Positions 47,423 through 52,881 of a DNA stretch of 52,881 bases are shown piece after piece (the stretch's first letter is position 1; each line of letters begins with the position of its first letter). Under the pieces are notes generated by a model, which was not told the DNA's origin, ran no database searches, and was given only the letters and a program-made list of their open reading frames with translations. A program made the translations under genes and the position numbers. Location: contig JBHPDM010000004.1 in assembly GCA_042577285.1 (NCBI GenBank), positions 1-52,881 of the forward strand. The letters are read 5' to 3'. This DNA is from Candidatus Omnitrophota bacterium. Its GTDB lineage: Bacteria > Omnitrophota > Gorgyraeia > Gygaellales > Profunditerraquicolaceae.

Positions 47423-48021
47423 TCCTTTTGCAGCGAAGGCAGGCCCCCCTTTAAGACCTCCAGCGCTTTATAAAAAACGGTCCTGGCGCGTTCCGGATCG
47501 GTACTAATCTCCTTGATCAAGACCTCAAAATTAAAATCAGACCCTGAAATTATCTTCTTCGGGATATAGTATGCCAGATAAGCGCTCCTGCGGGTAGGAT
47601 ATTTGTTTTTTTCTAATAAAAGGGTATAGGCGTCCATCTGAAACTGGTAGGCCGGATGTACGCTATCCGGAGCCCTCCCCCGGGTCTTATGGTCTAATAC
47701 GGCGTAATTGCCGTCGTCGAGCTTAATGCACTCATCAAGATATCCCCCCAGCTTTGCGCCTGGCAACGGATCTATATATTCCAACCAGCCCTTCTTGGGA
47801 AAATCCTTCATCAATTTACCGGGAATCTTACCCTCCAGGAATGAGGGTAAGATATTTTTGCTGCGGAATTCATCCAGGTATTCTTTGACCACCCTGTCTA
47901 AACCACTGGTGATCGTCGCCACCGGCATCCCCGGCCGCTTTAACTCCTTATTTATCTGCAGCCAGAAACAGCGCGGGCAATCTAAAAAACGGTTTAACGA
48001 TGAAGGGGAGAGTTTGACCAT
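47380..48021 (-). CDS. PD-(D/E)XK nuclease, Cas4/AddB-like
   Basis: LSPSSL...CPRCFW, GYLD...VLDHKT, QMDAY and a C-terminal CSFC. Confidence 0.8.
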   Translation of the reverse strand: MVKLSPSSLNRFLDCPRCFWLQINKELKRPGMPVATITSGLDRVVKEYLDEFRSKNILPSFLEGKIPGKLMKDFPKKGWLEYIDPLPGAKLGGYLDECIKLDDGNYAVLDHKTRGRAPDSVHPAYQFQMDAYTLLLEKNKYPTRRSAYLAYYIPKKIISGSDFNFEVLIKEISTDPERARTVFYKALEVLKGGLPSLQKDCSFCKWTETSQIK

Positions 48022-48022
48022 A

Positions 48023-48943
48023 CTAGATTATCTCAAGCATCTTGTCTATCGCGCGTTTGGCGCGGCGGCGGATGGCATCAGGTACCCTGACCTCCTCCTT
48101 AAGTCCCTCCAGGCTCATGAGGATCTTCTCCTGGGTGATCAGCTTCATGTTAGGGCATACTGCCCGCTCCGAAGCAGGATAAAACTCTTTTGTAGGGTTA
48201 TCCTCCTTCAAGCGATAGACCAGGCCTACCTCTGTGCCGATGATCATTTCTTCTGCATCTGTCTCCTTGGCGAACTTACACATCTTACTCGTTGAACAAA
48301 CAACATCTGCCATAGCCACTACCTCAGGCAGACATTCCGGATGCACCAGGACTTTTGCCTTAGGATGAAACCTCTTCTCCCTCTTGATATCCTCCGGCAA
48401 TATCCTGATATGCGTGGGGCAGAATCCGTGCCAGGCGATCAACTTCCTCTTGGTTTGTTTAGAGACATAATCAGCCAGGTACTTATCCGGAACAAAGATC
48501 ACCTCTTCCCTGTCATTAAAGGCATTTACTACTGCTACCGCATTAGTCGAGGTACAGCAGACATCCAGTTCTGCCTTGACCTCTGCGGAGGTGTTCACGT
48601 AGCCAACTACTACCGCCTGCGGATGCTCCTTCTTTAGCTTCCTCAGGTCATCGGCGTTCATCATATCAGCCATTGGACACCCTGAATTCACATCCGGCAT
48701 AATCACCTTCTTATCCGGACAGAGGATCGAAGCGGTCTCGGCCATAAAATGCACCCCGCAGAATACGATTACCTCGGCCTCGGTCTTTGCCGCGATGCGG
48801 CTTAATTCTAGTGAATCCCCGCCGAAATCAGCCACCTCCTGGACCTCAGACAGCTGGTAATTATGCGCCAGGATCACGGCATTGCGCTTCTTCTTAAGCT
48901 GCGCTATCCGCGCTTCTAAATCATCACTAGTCTTTCTTGCCAT
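48023..48943 (-). CDS. nadA: Quinolinate synthase
   Basis: AHNYQ, CGVHFMAE, GCPMA, CPTH, HPEC, CPNM. Confidence 0.97.
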   Translation of the reverse strand: MARKTSDDLEARIAQLKKKRNAVILAHNYQLSEVQEVADFGGDSLELSRIAAKTEAEVIVFCGVHFMAETASILCPDKKVIMPDVNSGCPMADMMNADDLRKLKKEHPQAVVVGYVNTSAEVKAELDVCCTSTNAVAVVNAFNDREEVIFVPDKYLADYVSKQTKRKLIAWHGFCPTHIRILPEDIKREKRFHPKAKVLVHPECLPEVVAMADVVCSTSKMCKFAKETDAEEMIIGTEVGLVYRLKEDNPTKEFYPASERAVCPNMKLITQEKILMSLEGLKEEVRVPDAIRRRAKRAIDKMLEII

Positions 48944-48956
48944 CGTATTATTCCTT

Positions 48957-50024
48957 TCAAACTATCACTCTATCGATGATCCCTCCGCCGACCACCGTCT
49001 CCCCGTCGTAGAAAACGGCGGACTGACCCGGAGTGATCGCAAACTGTGGCTGCTTAAACTCGACCCTGATCTTACCGCTTAAAGGCACGAGCGTTGCCGC
49101 AACTTGCTTTTGATTATATCTGATTCTCGCAGAAAGCACAACCTTCTTCTTTAAGGGTTCTGCTATGAAATGCTTATCCCTGATCAGGAAAACCCTCCCA
49201 GAGGCATCTTCCCGCCTGCCCACGACTATCCGGTTTCCTTTAGGCTCGATCTTTGTCACATACAAAGGATACCCCCTGGCAATACCTAAACCGCTGCGCT
49301 GGCCGATCGTATAGAGCGCAATTCCTCGGTGCCTGGCTAAGATATCTCCCCCCTTACCGACAATCGGCCCGGACTTGAGCTTGCCCTTTAGCCTCTGACG
49401 TAGAAATCCGCGGTAATCATCCTGCGGCAGGAAGCAGATCTCCTGACTTGCCTTTTTATCCGCGACCGAAAGGGAGAATCTCTTGGCCAATCTTCTGACC
49501 TGAAGCTTGCTGTAGCCTGCTAAAGGAAAGATTATGTGCCGCATCTGTCTTTGACTCAGACGGTAGAGGAAATACGATTGGTCTTTCCTGCGGTCTTTAC
49601 CTTTTTTCAGCCGAAAACCATCTCTTGTCTTTACGATCCCGGCGTAATGCCCGGTAGCCAGTGATCCTATCCCCAGGGCCAGGACTTTCTTCAGCAACAT
49701 ATCAAATTTTATGAACTGATTGCATCTTATGCATGGGTTTGGTGTACGGCCAAGAGAATATTCGCTTAGGAAATCATTGATCACCAACCTCTCAAGCTCC
49801 TTGCCAAAATTCAAAACGAAGTGCCTGATCTTCAATTTCCGGGCCACCCGCCTGGCATCATTTATACCCTGCGCTCCGCAACAGGCAGGCTTCCTGCGCT
49901 TTGAAGCAGGGATGCCAAAGCACATGGTGATCCCGGTCACATCATACCCCTGTCGTTTAAGCAGAAGAGCCGCCACAGAAGAATCCACCCCTCCGCTCAT
50001 AGCAACAGCGACCCGCTTCTTCAT
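48957..50024 (-). CDS. mnmA: tRNA-specific 2-thiouridylase
   Basis: SGGVDSS, TPNPCIRCN, ATGHYA, KDQSYFL, SQEICF, PGQSAVFY. Confidence 0.97.
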   Translation of the reverse strand: MKKRVAVAMSGGVDSSVAALLLKRQGYDVTGITMCFGIPASKRRKPACCGAQGINDARRVARKLKIRHFVLNFGKELERLVINDFLSEYSLGRTPNPCIRCNQFIKFDMLLKKVLALGIGSLATGHYAGIVKTRDGFRLKKGKDRRKDQSYFLYRLSQRQMRHIIFPLAGYSKLQVRRLAKRFSLSVADKKASQEICFLPQDDYRGFLRQRLKGKLKSGPIVGKGGDILARHRGIALYTIGQRSGLGIARGYPLYVTKIEPKGNRIVVGRREDASGRVFLIRDKHFIAEPLKKKVVLSARIRYNQKQVAATLVPLSGKIRVEFKQPQFAITPGQSAVFYDGETVVGGGIIDRVIV

Positions 50025-51877
50025 TCCTTAAGCCCCCTGATCTTGACCTGGGTCAATCCACGCACAGAATTACAGAGGAATATCTTATCCGCTCGCAAGA
50101 GGTCCTCCGGATAGATCACCTGCTCCTTTGCCCGGTACTTCTTGATCAGGAAATCCCGGAAGATCCCCGGAAGCAACCCGCAGGAGACAGGAGGTGTGAA
50201 AAATTTCCTACCCTTCTTTATCACTAAGTTAGAAACAGCGCCCTCGGTGACCTCACCCCTGGTATTAAGGAAGATCACGTCAAGATACCCCTCCTTGAGA
50301 TGGCTGCGGTATTCCCGGTCATACAACTGGCGGTTGGTCGTCTTGTGATAGCAAAAGACGTCCTGCGGGTTCCTGCGGTAGCGCGAGAAAGCGATATACT
50401 TCTCTTGAGGCTTCGGACCCTGCCTGGCGATCGGAAAACATTCTACGCGCAGATCCCCATGCTGATCAAGCAAGAGACGGACTCTATATCCCCTCCATCT
50501 CTGGAATCCCTTTTCTGAAGAGCGCAACACACCTGTTATCCTCTTACGGTCAAAGGAAAAACCAAAGTATTTTGCTGAATCTTCCATCCTCTTTAAGTGT
50601 TCTTTGAGAAATCTATACCTGCCATTCCAGGCGATCGTCTCCAAGAGATAGAAAGAACTGTACTTTTCGGTGAGAAAGCGGGCCTTTAAAATACACTCCC
50701 GGAATTCACTTTGCGCCTTAGAATCATAGACTATGCCGCTTCCCGTGCCCATTTCACCCTTGCCCCCGGCCAGAGTGATCGTCCTGATCGGCATATTAAA
50801 CACAGCTTTCTTGCCAGGCGAGATCAATCCTAAAGCCCCGCAGTATACCTTTCTCGGAGAATCCTCTAATTCCCTGATTATCTGCATCGTCCTGATCTTA
50901 GGTGCACCGGTGACCGAACCCCCGGGAAAGATATTCCTGAAGATCTCAAAATAGGTAGTATCCTTCTTCAGCCTGCTCTTAACGGTAGAGGTCATCTGAA
51001 ATAAGGTATTGTATTTTTCAATATCGAACATCCCGGCTACGGCGACACTCCCGGTCTTAGAAATCCTGCCCAGGTCGTTACGGATAAGATCGACGATCAT
51101 CAGGTTCTCCGCCCGGTCTTTAAGGCTGCTGCTTAAACTATCTGAACGTTCTTTATCCTCCCGGGCGCTCTTGCCCCTGTTGATCGTGCCCTTCATCGGT
51201 TTAGAGTAGATATCTAAACCGTTTCTTTTAAAAAAGAGCTCAGGAGAAAGAGAGATCACATGCTCACTTTTAAGTTTGCAGAAGGAGGCATATGGGACGC
51301 TCTGCCTGTTCTTCAAATACTGATAAAGAGAGAATGCGCTACCCTGGAAATCAAAAAGATACTTTCCGGTGAAGTTGACCTGATAGGCATCTCCGCATCT
51401 GATATACTCCTTTAGGCGCCGGATCTTCTTGGCGTACCGGGTTCCATCAAAGCTCAGCCGCAGATGCCTGATACTGAAATCATCCTGCTTTCTCCCCCGG
51501 TCAAAAAGCCCGGGAACCTCCTTGCTTATCCTGCCCGTCTTGTGGTTGAAGACCGTAGGCTGCTTGAAAGCGCAGAGATAGATCAGCGGGTAGCTGAAAT
51601 CCTGGTTGTGCCGAAAGAGGGTGTTCTCGAAATAATAACCTAATTCATAAGAGAAATAACCGGCAAGATAGTGGTCGCGGGATAACTCCTCGATCCTGGC
51701 AAAGGCAGGCTTTACATCTTGATAGCGCATAACCCTGATCACCTTCACCGGATCGGTAAAGATATAGCTTTGGAAATCCTCCCGGCTAAAAAGGCCGGTC
51801 TCAAAGAGCAGGAAATGCTCCTTGGAATCGATGAACTCCGGATTTAAGGCAGGAAGCCTGTGGTATTTGGTTTGCAT
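50021..51877 (-). CDS. pabB: Aminodeoxychorismate synthase component I fused to a class IV aminotransferase/ADC lyase domain
   Basis: GDAYQVN, SPELF, KPMKGT, ENLMIVDLIRND and PGGSVTGAPK, followed by HKTT...EGAVSN...GLLPG. Confidence 0.9.
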   Translation of the reverse strand: MQTKYHRLPALNPEFIDSKEHFLLFETGLFSREDFQSYIFTDPVKVIRVMRYQDVKPAFARIEELSRDHYLAGYFSYELGYYFENTLFRHNQDFSYPLIYLCAFKQPTVFNHKTGRISKEVPGLFDRGRKQDDFSIRHLRLSFDGTRYAKKIRRLKEYIRCGDAYQVNFTGKYLFDFQGSAFSLYQYLKNRQSVPYASFCKLKSEHVISLSPELFFKRNGLDIYSKPMKGTINRGKSAREDKERSDSLSSSLKDRAENLMIVDLIRNDLGRISKTGSVAVAGMFDIEKYNTLFQMTSTVKSRLKKDTTYFEIFRNIFPGGSVTGAPKIRTMQIIRELEDSPRKVYCGALGLISPGKKAVFNMPIRTITLAGGKGEMGTGSGIVYDSKAQSEFRECILKARFLTEKYSSFYLLETIAWNGRYRFLKEHLKRMEDSAKYFGFSFDRKRITGVLRSSEKGFQRWRGYRVRLLLDQHGDLRVECFPIARQGPKPQEKYIAFSRYRRNPQDVFCYHKTTNRQLYDREYRSHLKEGYLDVIFLNTRGEVTEGAVSNLVIKKGRKFFTPPVSCGLLPGIFRDFLIKKYRAKEQVIYPEDLLRADKIFLCNSVRGLTQVKIRGLKE

Positions 51878-51922
51878 GATAATATATTATAACGCATATT
51901 TCCGTTTAATAAAAGGGCTGGC

Positions 51923-52837
51923 TTACCAGGCAAACCTACAGCCGGCTTCGATCCATCTTCCCGGCGCAGGGATCCCTTCGATCTCCTGGTATTCTACGTT
52001 GAAGAGGTTTGAGACCTGCAGAAAGACCTGCGATGTCCTATTCAGATCGTAAGAGCTGCGTAACCCAAAAAGAAACCAACCATCGCGGCGGGGTTTCTTT
52101 TTATAGGTAAGAGTGATGCTTTGTGTCCCAAAGGGCAGATCCAGCCTGAGGATCGCGCTGGCCAGATGCCGGATATAATTAGGTCCGTATTTATAGAGAT
52201 AGCCTATGTCATTTAGACGTTTATCAATATAGGTATAATTAGATTCTAAATTCAGGAATCCGTTGACCTTAGCTTTTAGGTAATTTTCTACACCAAATAC
52301 AGCTGCCTCCCCGATATTCTCTGCCTGCCACTTTGCCTGTGACGCGCTGCGCTTTACCCAATCGATCATATCCTCCTCTTCCCTGAAGAAGAGAGCCATC
52401 CCTAAAGAGAGGCCGTCCTTCTTAAAATCATAACCGCCCTGATAATTGACCGTCTCACCTTCGCTGAGGTTGGCATTACCAATTGTCGTCGGATCATTGT
52501 AATAAAGTTCAGTAAAAGAAGGGATGCGGATGTTTTTGGCTATGCCCAGATTCAATGAATCTCTGGCAGAAACTTTGAATCTTAAGTTCGCTGCCCCGGT
52601 AAAAACTTCGCTAAACCCGTCGAAATCATCCATCCTTGCCGATGCCCCCACGGAGAGTCTGGAGTTAAGCTTCTTGCTGGAGTCGGTAAATATGCTCTTG
52701 TGGCCGCGGTTATATTGCCCCAGATTAGTAGAGGTGATCCGCTCCTCGCCGTATTCTATCCCTAATCCGGTCCTGCCAAAAATATCAGTCGTTTTTTGAA
52801 GATAGAGGTTAGAGGTATAAATATCAGTGCGGTTATG
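51923..52837 (-). CDS. TonB-dependent receptor, C-terminal part (5' end missing)
   Basis: RIPSFTELYY, NLFNVEYQ...PAPGR and a C-terminal aromatic residue (RFAW). The frame is open from 52837 (HNRTDIY...). Confidence 0.88.
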   Translation of the reverse strand, partial: HNRTDIYTSNLYLQKTTDIFGRTGLGIEYGEERITSTNLGQYNRGHKSIFTDSSKKLNSRLSVGASARMDDFDGFSEVFTGAANLRFKVSARDSLNLGIAKNIRIPSFTELYYNDPTTIGNANLSEGETVNYQGGYDFKKDGLSLGMALFFREEEDMIDWVKRSASQAKWQAENIGEAAVFGVENYLKAKVNGFLNLESNYTYIDKRLNDIGYLYKYGPNYIRHLASAILRLDLPFGTQSITLTYKKKPRRDGWFLFGLRSSYDLNRTSQVFLQVSNLFNVEYQEIEGIPAPGRWIEAGCRFAW

Positions 52838-52881
52838 ATTTTAAGAAGGACGGCCTCTCTTTAGGGATGGCTCTCTTCTTC
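52385..52881. repeat. 53-bp perfect inverted duplication (52385-52437 versus 52829-52881), probably an artefact
   Basis: The reverse complement of the last 53 nt equals 52385-52437; CATAACCGC microhomology at the junction. Confidence 0.9.

Overview
A 52.9-kb, gene-dense window from an anaerobic diderm bacterium. Gene content and repeat types suggest Omnitrophota or a related PVC-like lineage, which is an inference only. Nearly all genes lie on the minus strand; ftsH, a lipoprotein gene and a cold-shock gene are the exceptions. Housekeeping genes include purB, eno, ftsB-like, purN, pssA, nnrE, uppP, nadA, mnmA, pabB-pabC and an RluA-family synthase. There are three tRNAs (fMet-CAT, Thr-CGT, Phe-GAA) and a complete Rnf cluster in the order C-G-D-E-A-B. 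A 14-gene operon joins AsrA/AsrB (HydB/HydG)-like flavo-FeS subunits and a polyferredoxin to an Mrp-linked group 4 [NiFe]-hydrogenase with intact Ni-binding motifs; a Rex/CRP-type palindrome precedes it. Two small AT-rich islets with gene remnants sit next to tRNA-Thr and tRNA-Phe. The most notable non-gene signals are: a diverged 95-bp tandem duplication ahead of purN with a compensatory base-pair change and only synonymous coding changes; nested short palindromic elements inserted in frame in rnfC; a terminator inside the csp leader; repeated 16-bp-spacer promoters; and a 53-bp inverted duplication at the window end that looks like a template-switch artefact. No CRISPR array, integrase, transposase or rRNA was found. 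All family assignments come from motif recognition by eye, not database searches.
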